Below, in pieces: positions 24,661 to 36,311 of a stretch of DNA of 64,000 nt. This DNA is from Mustelus asterias. Lineage: Eukaryota. Both the position numbers and the translations under genes were made by a program. The notes beneath the pieces were generated by a model. It saw only the letters and a program-made list of their open reading frames with translations. It was not told the origin of the DNA and ran no database searches. The stretch lies in NCBI RefSeq assembly GCF_964213995.1, contig NW_027590224.1:310001-374000 (forward strand). Reading direction: 5' to 3'. How positions within the stretch are numbered: position 1 is the first letter of the stretch; each line of letters begins with the position of its first letter.

Positions 24661-24770
24661 ATCTTTCAGGAGGGATGACCAGGATTTTGACCCAGTGATA
24701 GTGAAGGAACAGCTGATATATTTCAAAGTCAGGATGGATGGTGAGTTGGAGTCATAGTCATTGAGTCATA

Positions 24771-25918
24771 GGGGGTGATTCTTGCAAAAAAATTCTAAGC
24801 GCTGAATCCGTGGGAAAAATGGTGTAAATCAAAATTTTTTTTTGAGTAGGAGTTCAGACTCGAATCTCCCACACTCTGTGCAATGGAGAGGTCACAATCG
24901 TGAATATCATTAAAAGCTCGGGAGGTGAGGCCTGTTCACACCAGAGTCTGACCGTTCTGGTACTCTGCGCATGCGCAGTGGCCCCAAACTGTCAGCCTCC
25001 TGTTTGCTGGCCAGCCCGGGACCCATGCAGTGCTGCCCCTCCAACAGCATCCACCCCCCCCCCCCCCCCCCCCACAGCCCAATCACGGCCCCCACGACCA
25101 TTCCTGGGTCAGCCCCGACCCTCCCGTCCCAGAGCACCATGATCTCCAGCCCCCCACACCCCCAGGCCGGCAGACCCGCAGACCCCCACCCCCCCCACCC
25201 ACAGGAGGCAGACCCCCCTGGGTGGCAGACCCCCCCCACCACAGCAGACCTCCCCCCTCAGGAGGCAGACCCCCAGCAGATCACCACCGCCCACCCCCGC
25301 CAGGCCACCGCGATCAATCCCAATGCAGAGTGGCAGCGGGACCCCCAGCCCCACCGATCGCCCCTTAGGCCCCACCCCATTGGGCCCCACCCCAATAGGC
25401 CCCACTCCTTAGCACTGCCCCATGCCCGGTGGGCAGTGCCAAGGTGCCCCCTGGGCATTAGCACTTTGCCCCTTGGCAATGCCAGGGGGCACAGGCTGGC
25501 ACAACCCAGGTGTCCATGCCCAGGAGACGCCACCCCTCTGCTGCCCAACCCCCTGGGGAGCCCAATTGACGCCCTTCACTCCAGCGGGTTCTCCCACTAG
25601 TTCCCCGTAAGTGGAGAGCTACTCTAAACCCTGCCGGGGTGAATTTGTACTGGTGGGGTGGGAGATGCTATCGGACCCGGAGAATTCAGTCCCAGGTCCG
25701 ATAATGACAATCAAATAACATTAAAAATAAAATAAAATTACTTGCCTGGTCTTCCCCCTGGTTTCCTGTGTGATCCCGACTGCGCCAGATTTCTGGTGGT
25801 GGGAGACGCGCATGCGTCGGGAATGCATGTGGGCGAATCCCGCGAATTGGCGCAGGTGCGCATCTCCCGCCCCGACCCGCCAAAAAAATTAGTTGGTCAG
25901 AATGGGAGAATTGCCCCC
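24771..25918. mobile_element. Non-autonomous PIF/Harbinger-like element with a C-rich interior
   Basis: TIRs GGGGGTGATTCT...AGAATTGCCCCC and a 3-bp TSD (ATA). TIR resembles the left end of the Harbinger at 36659. Confidence 0.7.
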
Positions 25919-26800
25919 ATACAGTGCATAAAATGCCCTTTGGCCCATTGAGTCTGCACCAACAATAACTACCACTAAAGTCACGTTAATCCCATTTTCC
26001 AGCACTTGTCCCATATCCTTGAGTGTTCCGATATTAACCTTTTTAAAGGTATTTAGGTTTCCGTCCTTCACTACCTTCCCAGGCAGTGCATTTCAGATTC
26101 CCACCACCCTCTGAATGAATTTCTTTTTCTGAAAACCCCTCTGAATCTCCTGCCCCTCAGCCTAAAACCCTGCCCCTTGTGATTGATCCCTGAACCAAGG
26201 GGAGTAGCTGCTCCCTATCCACCCTGTCCAAACCCCTCATAATCTTATACACCTCAATCATGTCCCCCTCAGCCTTCTCTGCCCTGGAGAAAACAATCCA
26301 AGCCTATCCAGTCTCTCCTTATAGCTCAAATGCTCCATCCCAGGCAACATCCGGGTGAACCTCCTCTGTATCTCCTCTAGTGCCATCACATCCTTCCTAG
26401 TGAGGTGACCAGAACTGCACACAGTCTCCAGCTGTGGCCTAACCAATGCTCTGTACAACTCCAACATTACCAGCTTGTTCTTATACTCTATTCCACAACT
26501 GATATAAGCAAGTGTCCCATATGCCTGCTTAACTATCGTATTCACCTGCTCTACCGCTTTCAGGATCTGTGAATAAATACCCCAAGATCCACCTGTTCCT
26601 CTAAGCTTCCTAGTGTCCTATCATTCATTAAATACTCCCTTGTTTTGTTAATTCTTCCAAAGTGCAACTCTTTGCACTTAGCAGAGTTAACTACCATCTG
26701 TCACTGTTCTGCCCATCTGACCAACCCATCTATATCATCTTGTAACTATGACCTTCTTCACTATTAACTACACTACAAATCTTAGCGTCATCTGCAAAAA
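25919..26800 (-). mobile_element. CR1 3' fragment
   Basis: ORF 26258-26545 (LYRALVRPQLE...QRRFTRMLPGM). Confidence 0.85.
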
Positions 26801-27267
26801 GGGAACCTCCAGATGGTGGTGTTCCCATGTGTCTGTTTTTTAAAAAAAATTAATTTGTGGGACATGGGCATCGCTGGCTGGCCAGTATTTATTGCCCATC
26901 CCTAGTTGCCCTTGAGAAGGTGATGGTGAGCTGCCTTCTTGAATCGCTGCAGTCCACGTGCTGTGGGTTGACCCACAATGCCGTTAGGGAGGGAATTCCA
27001 GGATTTTGACCCAGCGACTTCAAAGAAATGGCTATATATTTCCAAGTCAGGAAGGTGAGTGACTCGGAGGGCAACTTGCAGGTGGGGATGTTCCCAGGTA
27101 TCTGCTGCCCTTGTCCTTCTAGATGGCAGCGGTTGTGGGTTTGGAAGGTGCAGCCTAAGGAACCTTGGTGAGATGCTGTGGTGCATCTTGTATATGGTAC
27201 ACACGGCTGTCACTGTGCGTTGGTGGTGGAGGGGTTGGATGTTTAAGGTGGAGGATGGGTGTCATCC

Positions 27268-27558
27268 TGTGACAGTGCAGCACTCCCTCAGTACTGACCC
27301 TCTGACAGTGCGGCACTCCCTCAGTACTGACCCTCTGACAGTGCAACACTCCCTCAGTACTGACCCTCTGACAATGCAGCACTCCCTCAGTACTGACCCT
27401 CTGACAGTGCGGCACTCCCTCAGTACTGACCCTCTGACAGTGCAGCACTCCCTCAGTACTGACCCTCTGACAGTGCGGCACTCCCTCAGCACTGGCCCTC
27501 TGACAGTGCGGCACTTCCTCAGTACTGACCCTCTCAGTAACGCGCTCCCTCAGTACTG
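27268..27558. repeat. 33-bp minisatellite, about 9 units (DeuSINE-derived)
   Basis: Unit CAGTGCAGCACTCCCTCAGTACTGACCCTCTGA; reverse complement of the 35258-35657 array. Confidence 0.95.
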
Positions 27559-27683
27559 AAGTGACTTTCTGGCTTATGTGCTTTGTGATGAAGGATCCTA
27601 CATTGATATCACATCTTTCATATTCTCAGCATCTCAAAATGTTTCACAGTCAATGCAAGTTAACTGATCTTGATTCTTTTTAG

Positions 27684-27963
27684 ATGCATCACAGAATCTC
27701 TCAATGACTTCTCTTGATATGATTAACTCTTCATGGATCAATATTTCTGAGGGGAATTTGACAGTGATAATCTGCTGTCGAGAGCTTCCCAGCTTCTAAC
27801 CTGACCTGGAGACATCTTAATGTCCCAATGAACAGAACATGTTCCAGCAATGAGCTGTGGCTGGTGATTCCTCACGTTACATCCAGGCACACTGGAGACT
27901 ATCAGTGTGTGGCAGAGAATGAACATGGAGCAGTGGAGGGGTCCATCACCATCACTGTGGAAT
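27684..27963 (+). pseudogene. Ig C2/I-set exon of a Siglec/MAG/CD22-like receptor with a 2-bp frameshift
   Basis: TTTTTAG acceptor and GTGAGT donor, phase 1-1, but 280 bp long. Reads ...INISEGNLTVIIC/VESFPASNLTWRHLN...LVIPHVTSRHTGDYQCVAENEHGAVEGSITITVE, with the frameshift at about 27776. Confidence 0.8.
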
Positions 27964-28752
27964 GTGAGTGTGGAGATACATTCATTTATTTGTTATTATT
28001 AGTCTGAGTGGAACCATTGGCATCAACTTGATTATTCTCTTGTTTCTTCAGTCCCCACTCAGTCCACATCTCAATGTTTTCCACCTATCTAATTTTTCTT
28101 CTTCCTCTTCTATTTTTACTCTCAGGCCGGTCTTCTCCAGCGGTTCAGGTTCTTCCTGTCCACCCAATGGCGAACTCGCACCACTGGTTTCCTTGTGGCA
28201 AGCGGTGCATTCAATGGGAAACCCATTGGGGACAGGACAGAAGATTCTGCCAACAGTCAATGGGGGGACCACCTCTGCCACCACAAAACACACAGGGGTT
28301 TTGCGGAACACCCCGCCCAGTGTCATTTCCAATCTCCATACCTGACTATCTTTCTCTCTAACTAATACTGAGCAATCCTTTTAATTCCTGAATTTCTCCT
28401 CTTGATTTCAGTCACTCATTGCTCTTTCTGTCCATCCAGCTGATTCTGAGTCCCCTCATTCTCCCAAAACCCACATTTCAAAAGCTGTTCTCCTCTGTCT
28501 AACTCTCACTTCAATAGAGCAGAACTCACCACATTGGTGACTGGGTTCGACCTTTATGCAGCTTCATGCTGATGCTTTTGCACTTCCAGACATTACTTTA
28601 GTCAGTGGTTACGCCTCTTGCTGTATCTAATGTAACCCGGATTTCATTCTTGATGTAATTGTGGTGTTTATAAGAACATAAGAACTAGGAGCAGGAGTAG
28701 GCCGTCTAGCTCCTGGAGCCTGCTCCACCATTCAATAAGATCCTGGCTGATC

Positions 28753-29280
28753 AACTTAATACATGATAGATCCATTCAAAATTCTGATGGCAGCAGGGAG
28801 TCGGTTGGTATGCGATCTCAGACTTTTGTATCTTTTTCCTGAAGGAAGAAGGTGGAAGAGAGGATGACCATGGTTCATTGGGTCCTTGATTATGCTGGCT
28901 GTTTTTCCGAGACAGCGGGAAGTATAGACAGTCAATAGGTGGGAGGCTGCTTTGTGTGATGGGCTGGGCTTCGTTCACGACCCTTTGTAGTTTCTTGCAG
29001 TCTTGGACAGAGCAAGAGCCATACCAAGCTACGATACAACCAGAGAGAATGTTTTCTACGGTGCATCTGTAAAAGTTGATGAGAGTTGTCGCTGACATGC
29101 CAAATTTCCTTAGTCTTCTGAGAAAGTAGAGGCATTGGTGGGCTTTCTTAACTATAGTGTGTGTCGTCATGAGGGGACCAGGACAGTTTGTTGATGATCT
29201 GGACATTTAGAAACTTGAAGCTCTCAAACATTTTTACTTCGTCCCCATTGATGTAGACTGGGGCATGTTCTCCACTACAC
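28753..29280 (-). mobile_element. Rex1/Babar LINE fragment
   Basis: ORF 28751-29206 (LYFLRRLRKFG...SGCIVAWYG). Confidence 0.85.
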
Positions 29281-29382
29281 TGCCCAGCAGTGGGACCGGA
29301 GAATCCCAGCCACAGATGAGGTCAGAGAATCCCGGCCAATCTCCAACCCTCTCACAACCTTTAAGATGCTCCTTAAAATGTG

Positions 29383-30695
29383 CCCTTGGAGTTGGGGACC
29401 AAGTGTAGTATGTCAAAATTCGCAGATAACACTAAGATGAGTGGCAGAGCCAAGTGTGCAGAGGACGCTGAAAGTCTACAAAGGAATATAGATAGTCCAA
29501 GTGAGTGGGCAAGGGTCTGGCAGATGGAGTACAATGTTGGTAAAGGTGAGGTTATCCATTTTCGTAGGAATAACAGCAAAATGGACTATTATTTAAATGG
29601 TAAAAAATTGCAGCATGCTGCTGTGCAGAGGGACCTGAGAGTCCTTGTGCATGAATCACAAAAGGTTGGTATGCAGGTGCAGCAAGTAATTAAGAAGGCA
29701 AATGGAATTTTGTCCTTCATTGCTGGAGGGATGGAGTTTAAAAACAGCGAGGTTATGTTGCAGCTGGAGAAGATGCTGGTGAGGCCACACCTGGAGTACT
29801 GTGTACAGCTTGATCTACTTACTTGAGAAAGGATATACTGGCACTGGAGGGGGTGCAGAGGAGATTCACAAGGTTAGAAATCATAGAAACCCTACAGTGC
29901 AGAAGGAGGCCATTCGGCCCATCGAGTCTGCACCGACCACAATCCCACCCAGGCCCTACCCCCACATATTTTACCCACTAATCCCTCTAACCTACACATC
30001 CCAGGACTCTAAGGGGCAATTTTTTTAACCTGGCCAATCAACCTAACCCGCACATCTTTGGACTGTGGGAGGAAACCGGAACACCCGGAGGAAACCCACG
30101 CAGACACGAGGAAAATGTGCAAACTCCACACAGACAGTGACCCGAGCCGGGAATTGAACCCAGGACCCTGGAGCTGTGAAGCAGCAGTGCTAACCACTGT
30201 GCTACCGTGCCGCCCTCCATCGGCCGGAGGTTGATTCCGGAGTTGAGAGGAGAGACTGAATAAACCGGGGATATACTCATTGGAATTCAGAAGAATGAGG
30301 GGAGATCTTATAGAAACATATAAGATTATGAAGAGAATAGATAAGATAGAAGCAGGGAGGTTGTTTTCACTGGTGGGTGAAACTAGAACTAGGGGACATG
30401 GCCTCAAAATAAGGGGGAGCAGATTTAGAACTGAGCTAAGGAGGAACTTCTTCACCCAAAGGGTTGTGAATCTGTGGAATTCCCTGCCCAGTGAAGCAGT
30501 TGAGGCTACCTCATTGAATGTCTTTCAGGCAAGGATAGATAAATTTTTGAACAATAAAGGAATTAAGGGCTATGGTGAGAGTGCGGGTAAGTGGAGCTGA
30601 GTCCACAGAAAGATCAGCCATGACCTTATTGAATGGCAGAGCAGGCTCAAGGGGCCAGATGGCCGACTCCTGCTCCGAGTTCTTATGTCCTTATT
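29383..30695 (+). mobile_element. CR1 3' fragment with a nested V-SINE (about 29875-30215, minus)
   Basis: ORFs 29380-29826 and 30280-30600; the SINE head and V core lie on the minus strand. Confidence 0.88.
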
Positions 30696-31669
30696 AACTA
30701 AAGTTTTATGCAGCTGTAACATAACTTGCCAACTGTTATACTGACGTCCGGCCGATGAAGGCAGGCATGCTGTATGCCTTCTGATTTTGATTTGATTTGA
30801 ATTGATTTATTATTGTCCCATGTGTTGGTATACAGTGAAAAGTATTGTTTCTTGCACACTATACAAAGCATACCACTCATAGAGAAGGAAAGGAGAGAGT
30901 GCAGAATGTAGTGTTACAGTCATAGCTAGGGTGTAGAGAAAGATCAACTTAATGCGAGGTAGGTGCATTCAAAAGTCTGATGGCAGCAGGGAAGAAGCTG
31001 TTCTTGACAACTTATCCACGAAGGAAACCCACACAGACACGGGAAGAATGTGCAGATGTTCTTCCCGCGTAATCACTGATGCCATTTTCAGGGATTTGTG
31101 GACACGAGGCTTCATTCCCATGGATATTAAAAGGTTAACAAGTTATTTATACCAAGGTAGAGGTCGATAGAGAAAAAATATCTCTGCTGGCTGGGGGAGT
31201 CTTATACCAGGGGACAGAGTCTAAAAATAAGTGGCAGACCTTTCAGGCATTATATTAGGGAAGACTTTGACCAATGCAGGGTGGTGGAAACCAGTCTTTT
31301 TCAGGTTGGTAAGATGTAACAGGTGGTGTGCCAGGGAACAGTGCTGGGATCTCAACTGTTTACACTTTATATAAATGACTTGGATGAAGGGATTGAAGAG
31401 ATTGCTGCCAAATTTGATGGTGACACAATCATAAGTTGCATAGTGAGTTGTGGAGAGGACATAAGGAGGCTACAAAAATATATAGATAGGTTAAGTAAGT
31501 GAGAAAAGATTTGGGAAATGGAGTATAATGTGGGCAAATGTGAAATTGTCCATTTTGGCAGGATGAATTTTTAAAAAGCTTATTATCTAAATAGTAAGAG
31601 ATGGCAGAACTCTGAGGTGCAGCAGCATCTGAGTGTCCTAATGCATGAATCACAAAAGGTACAGCAAAC

Positions 31670-32261
31670 TGTAAGGGGAAAAATGTAAGGAAAGCACACT
31701 TTAAAATGGCTGCCTGGCACATAAAGAGTTAACTGGGAAAGGAACCATAAAACAGACACCGGCTTCCACTTATACAAAGATCACTTCAAATCAAACCCAA
31801 CAGACAAGCCATTTAAATATCACAGACAGTGATTTAAAGTAAACAAACACCTCAGGAAGCCAAGCCAAGGATCGAGACATCTTTTAGATAAGGAAAAAAC
31901 CCGAGACAAAGGGAATAGATTAGTCATAGGAAGAGCGGGAAAATATGAATGCAGGGAAACCGATTAGCACCTGAATGAGCCGAAACCAACCACTGATAGC
32001 CACAGACATAGGAAATGTACCCATTCATAAGAACAATACTATGTTAAATGTCTGTATCTGTTTGTATCTGCCTATAACGATGTGATAATGTTCAAATCAC
32101 CGGTCCATCTATTGTGTAAAAAGTATAAAGATGGACCGTTCCCGACATTTTACTGAGAGAAGGTTTGCTACAGACATGTGCCTTGTCTCCACGGAGCTCC
32201 GTTGAATAAACTGTGTTTTGGAATCTCGAGATCTAACTACTAGTGGATTTTTCCCACAACA
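31670..32261 (+). mobile_element. Solo LTR (second family) with TSD AAAC, inserted in decayed CR1 (about 31100-32870)
   Basis: TGTAAGGGGAAAAA...TTTTTCCCACAACA, TATAAA and AATAAA inside, AAAC on both sides. Homologous to 39657-40282. Confidence 0.85.
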
Positions 32262-33424
32262 AAACAATTAGGAAAGTGATGGAATGTTATCATTTACTGT
32301 GAGGGGAACTGAAAAGAAAAGTAGGGTTGTGGTTCTCCAGAGAACTGGTGAGACCACATTTGGAATACTGTGTACAATATTAATTACTTTCTTAAATGGT
32401 TCAGAGAAGATATACTAGACTAATACCTGGAATGGGTGGGTTATATTATGAGTTATCAAATCAAATCAAACCAGAGGCATCATGTCACAGCTCAGCCATG
32501 ATTTTGTTGAATGGTGGAACAGGCTCGAGGGGCTGTCTGGACTCCTCCTGTTCATGCAGTCCGAACAGTTCTGAAAGAGATTGAATGGATGGTTGCCAAA
32601 TTCGATGATGGCACAAAGATAGGTAGGAAAGTAGGATGTGGAGAGAGCTTAAGAAGGCTACAAAAATATATGGATAGGTTAAATGAGTGGGCAAAGATCT
32701 GGCAAATGGAGGAAAATGTGAAATTTTCCATTTTGACAGGATGAATAAGAAAGAAGTTTATTATCTAAATGGTGGGAGACTGCAGAGCTCTGAGACGCAA
32801 AGGGATCTGGGTGTCCTAATGTATGAATCACAAAAGGCTGGAATCCAGGTGCAGCAAGTAATTAGCAAAAAGTATGAAGCTTTCCTAACAATCTTACCTA
32901 AACTTCAAGCAACATTTACTCAGTTCACAAGAAAATAATTCCAAAACAGTCTACAGCCAATGGAGCACTTTAAAAGTGTGGGTACTGTTGTACTGTAGAA
33001 AATGCCACGACCAGTTTGCACACAGCAATATCTCTCATATCCCAATGTGATGATGACTTGATATCAATTATTTTAGTTGATGCAAATATAGAGATTACAT
33101 ACATAAGGTGGGTCATTAATGATCTTTAATGGAAGAAAATCTGCCATCTTTATCAGGTCTGGGTGTATCCGTGACTGTAATCTCAAACACCAATGTGGCT
33201 AACTCTTACATCGCCCCCTGAGCTGGTTTCCCAGTTTGTATCAAACCAGGAGTTCAGGAGGAAGATCCTACGGCACCTTCTGAAGGGGAAAGTTGGGGTG
33301 GACAATAAATGTCAGCATTACCTGAGAATGAATATTTTCAAATAGCGTGAAAGTATCACTGGTCGAGATACATTGTAGCATCATTTTAAAAATGCAATGC
33401 AGTAATTAATGTTTGTTTTTACAG

Positions 33425-33521
33425 ATCGAGACACCAGTAAATGGAGAGTAGGATTGCTCACAGCTGGGATCATTTTGAGTGTTTTTGTGGTTGGAATATT
33501 AATCTTCCTGCATGTCAGAAA
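33425..33521 (+). CDS. Transmembrane exon of the Siglec-like receptor
   Basis: TTTTTACAG acceptor and GTAAGT donor, phase 1-2. Reads (Y)RDTSKWRVGLLTAGIILSVFVVGILIFLHVRK. Confidence 0.8.
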
Positions 33522-34948
33522 GTAAGTGAGAAGATTTAAATTTGTGCTTCTCTAAACATTTACTTTCAAGTTCTTTCCTGAAGTCAGTGATTGCTTCCCT
33601 TAAGAGCCACGTGCCTCTCCTTTAACAGGTTCCTGTGTTCCGCTTACTGGAGAGTGCATCTTTCATTGCCCTGATTAATACTAATAAATTCTGATCTGGA
33701 AGGCGCTGCCTGAAAGGGTTGGAAGCAGATTCAATAGGAACTTTCAAAAGGGGAACTGGAAAAATACTGGAAGGGGGTAAATTTACAGGGATATGGAGGA
33801 GAGAACAGTGTCACGATCGTGACGTGAAAGATAAAAATATTTCCACATATATTCATCAGCTGCACTATTTTAGAGAGTCGCTTTTTTTCTGTGCTGTTAA
33901 AAATGGAGAATTTGCTGAGCTAATAAATGGTTCAGCCAGTCACCTGATGCCTTGCAGCAGTTTCAAGGTAACAATGGATGTGGAGCCTGGTCTAGATAAC
34001 TCAGAAGAAGTTAAAACCTTTGCAAGTCGTAACCTCCCATAATGGTGCTATTGGCAAAATATTAGCAGTCCTGACACAAGTTTCAACAAAGATAGCATCA
34101 GTGAAGTGAACCCAACACCCATGTCTTTAAAAATGAGAGGAATCCCAACTCCAAATGAACACCTCAAATTCCAGCCTTGGAGTGTTAAAAATCGAGGAGT
34201 TATGTAATTTGACCTCCCCCAAGCTGCACTGGAACCTTGTCTGTTGGAACTAAACTCCGGCAGTTTCCTGCTTGACTTCTAATGTTAACAAAACTCCAGG
34301 CAACAGTCTGTGCTGTCTCACCTCAAGTTAGTGGCAGCAGAAAAAGCTTGGACCCTCATCAAAACTGCCAACTGCTGGAACCATGAAACCCGTGCCTCCA
34401 AACTAACTTGTTTTACGTGCTTTCTCCTGCTGTGCAAGTCTCGCTCTCAAAAAGTGGTGCATTCTATCATCAGCCAGCCTCCCGTTGGAAGGAACATTCC
34501 AGTTTATTTCTGATTCCGGACCCTGGGTATATGTAAAACAGATACTTGTATTTTTATTGTGGCTGTGCCATGAACCTTCCTTTTCCTTACCCCTCATTTG
34601 TTGTGTGAGTGCAAATAGGAGTGGACGTTGCAAAACCACTCTCGTGTGTGTTTGTGGTTGTGTGCGGATAACCTTTAACCTTTCCAAATTTAATGTTTTG
34701 GAGAAATTCCACCACCATTTATAAAGGGGAAATCAGGATAATAAAAAATCCTTTCTGTATATGGACGGGTAGAGAGTGCGGAAATCAGGGCAGTTTAAAT
34801 TGTCTCCCTCCTGTCCATGACAGCAGTGGGTGCGTGGGATTAAGAGACAGTCCAGTAGCTGAGGTACATTTACAGTGGGCTGTGTCTATGCTGCAATGAC
34901 CCTCTGATATATGATAACCATAGTGTGATATTGTATTATTTATTGCAG

Positions 34949-35030
34949 GAGAAAGACAGCAATTGAGGAGAGAGTTTCAGAGACCAGTGACATTACACTG
35001 AGGCCCAGGCCAGTCTCTGTGACGCACCAG
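34949..35030 (+). CDS. First cytoplasmic exon of the Siglec-like receptor
   Basis: TTATTGCAG acceptor and CAG|GTACAG donor, phase 2-0, matching the TM exon. Reads RKTAIEERVSETSDITLRPRPVSVTHQ. Confidence 0.7.
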
Positions 35031-35139
35031 GTACAGAAGCTGTTTATACTCACTCCAAAGCTTCAATCTAGATTTGTAGACAAAGGTATGCCAGATTCCC
35101 ATAGATTTCGACCTATGGAGTCAATCACTGGTAAAGCAG

Positions 35140-35940
35140 GTAGCACTGTCACTCTCCCTCTCACTCTCTGAGTCAGAAGGACATGGTTTTACTCACCACA
35201 CCAGAGACATCAGTGCAGGATCTTAGCCAGCACTCGTCATTACAGAGAGAGAGCTATACTGTCAGAGGGTCAGTACTGAGGGAGTGCCGCACTGTCACAG
35301 GGTCAGTACAGAGGGAGTGCTGCACTGTCACAGGGTCAGTACAGAGGGAGTGCTGCACTGTCAGAGGGTCAGTTCTGAGGGAGTGCCGCACTGTCAGAGG
35401 GTCAGTACTGAGGGAGTGCTGCACTGTCAGAGGGTCAGTGCTAAGGGAGTGCTGCACTGTCAGAGGGTCAGTACTGAGGGAGTGCTGCACTGTCAGAGGG
35501 TCAGTACTGAGGGAGTGCCGCACTGTCAGAGGGTCAGTACTGAGGGAGTGCCGCACTGTCAGAGGGTCAGTACTGAGGGAGTGCTGCACTGTCAGAGGGT
35601 CAGTACTGAGGGAGTGCTGCACTGTCAGAGGGTCAGTACTGAGGGAGTGCTGCAGTACCGAAATCCTATCATCTTTCAGATGACACATTAAATCGAGGCT
35701 CCGCGTATCCTTTAAGGTGGGTGTAAACGTTCCCATGGCCACTCTTTGGAAAATGAGCAGGGGTGAGTGCACCTTATTTTCCTGCAGCCAATATTTATCC
35801 CTTAGCTAATATTGCTTTAAAAATGCAAAATGTTTGTCATCAAATTGTTCAGTGTGGGATCCTGCTGTGTACAAACTGGTTATTGCGTTTCCTATGAGAC
35901 ATCAGTAACACCCTTGCAAAGGATCCCATTGGATCTCTTT
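35140..35940 (+). mobile_element. DeuSINE with an internal 33-bp minisatellite expansion (35258-35657, about 12 units)
   Basis: SINE head remnant (CTCTGAGTCAGAAGG), then the array, then Deu-like TCTTTCAGATGACACATTAAATCGAGGC... Confidence 0.7.
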
Positions 35941-36080
35941 GGAGTCTCCTGTGATTGCCATTCATGAGGCTCAAACCCAGGAGTTTCTGAGTCAGAGACT
36001 CAAAGAGAGGGGGTTAAACACACTGAGCCCCGACTGACACTAACAAAGCTGCACTATAATTTAACCCTATTTCTCTGGAG

Positions 36081-36311
36081 GGTGAACAGAACATTCTGCT
36101 CACTGGCCCCCGGAACACAACCAGAGAGGAGGTGACACCAGATACCCAGGATCGCTCTAATGGTCCAGTGGGAATAAATACTGAACATGGGAACCCCGAC
36201 AAAACCAATGACCTTCTCTACATCAATCCCCAAATCTTGAGGGTGTCCAGTGGTGACGGGAGTGTCCACAGGGACAAGGAAGCGGAATCTGCACAGATCA
36301 GATTCCACTGA
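36081..36311 (+). CDS. Terminal cytoplasmic exon of the Siglec-like receptor (decayed ITIM/ITSM-like motifs)
   Basis: Phase-0 frame GEQNILL...DLLYINPQILRVSSGDGSVHRDKEAESAQIRFH*. Acceptor is uncertain (GAG at 36080 or CAG at 36089, same frame). Confidence 0.6.
   Translation, partial: GEQNILLTGPRNTTREEVTPDTQDRSNGPVGINTEHGNPDKTNDLLYINPQILRVSSGDGSVHRDKEAESAQIRFH

Noticed and set aside
24900-25610. Pro/Gly-rich ORFs
   Set aside because: C-rich interior of a TIR element; low-complexity frames with no domain signal.
35183-35772. Repetitive Cys-rich ORFs (RECCTVRGSVL)n, also at 27059-27559
   Set aside because: By-products of a 33-bp unit (multiple of 3) that is open in several frames on both strands.
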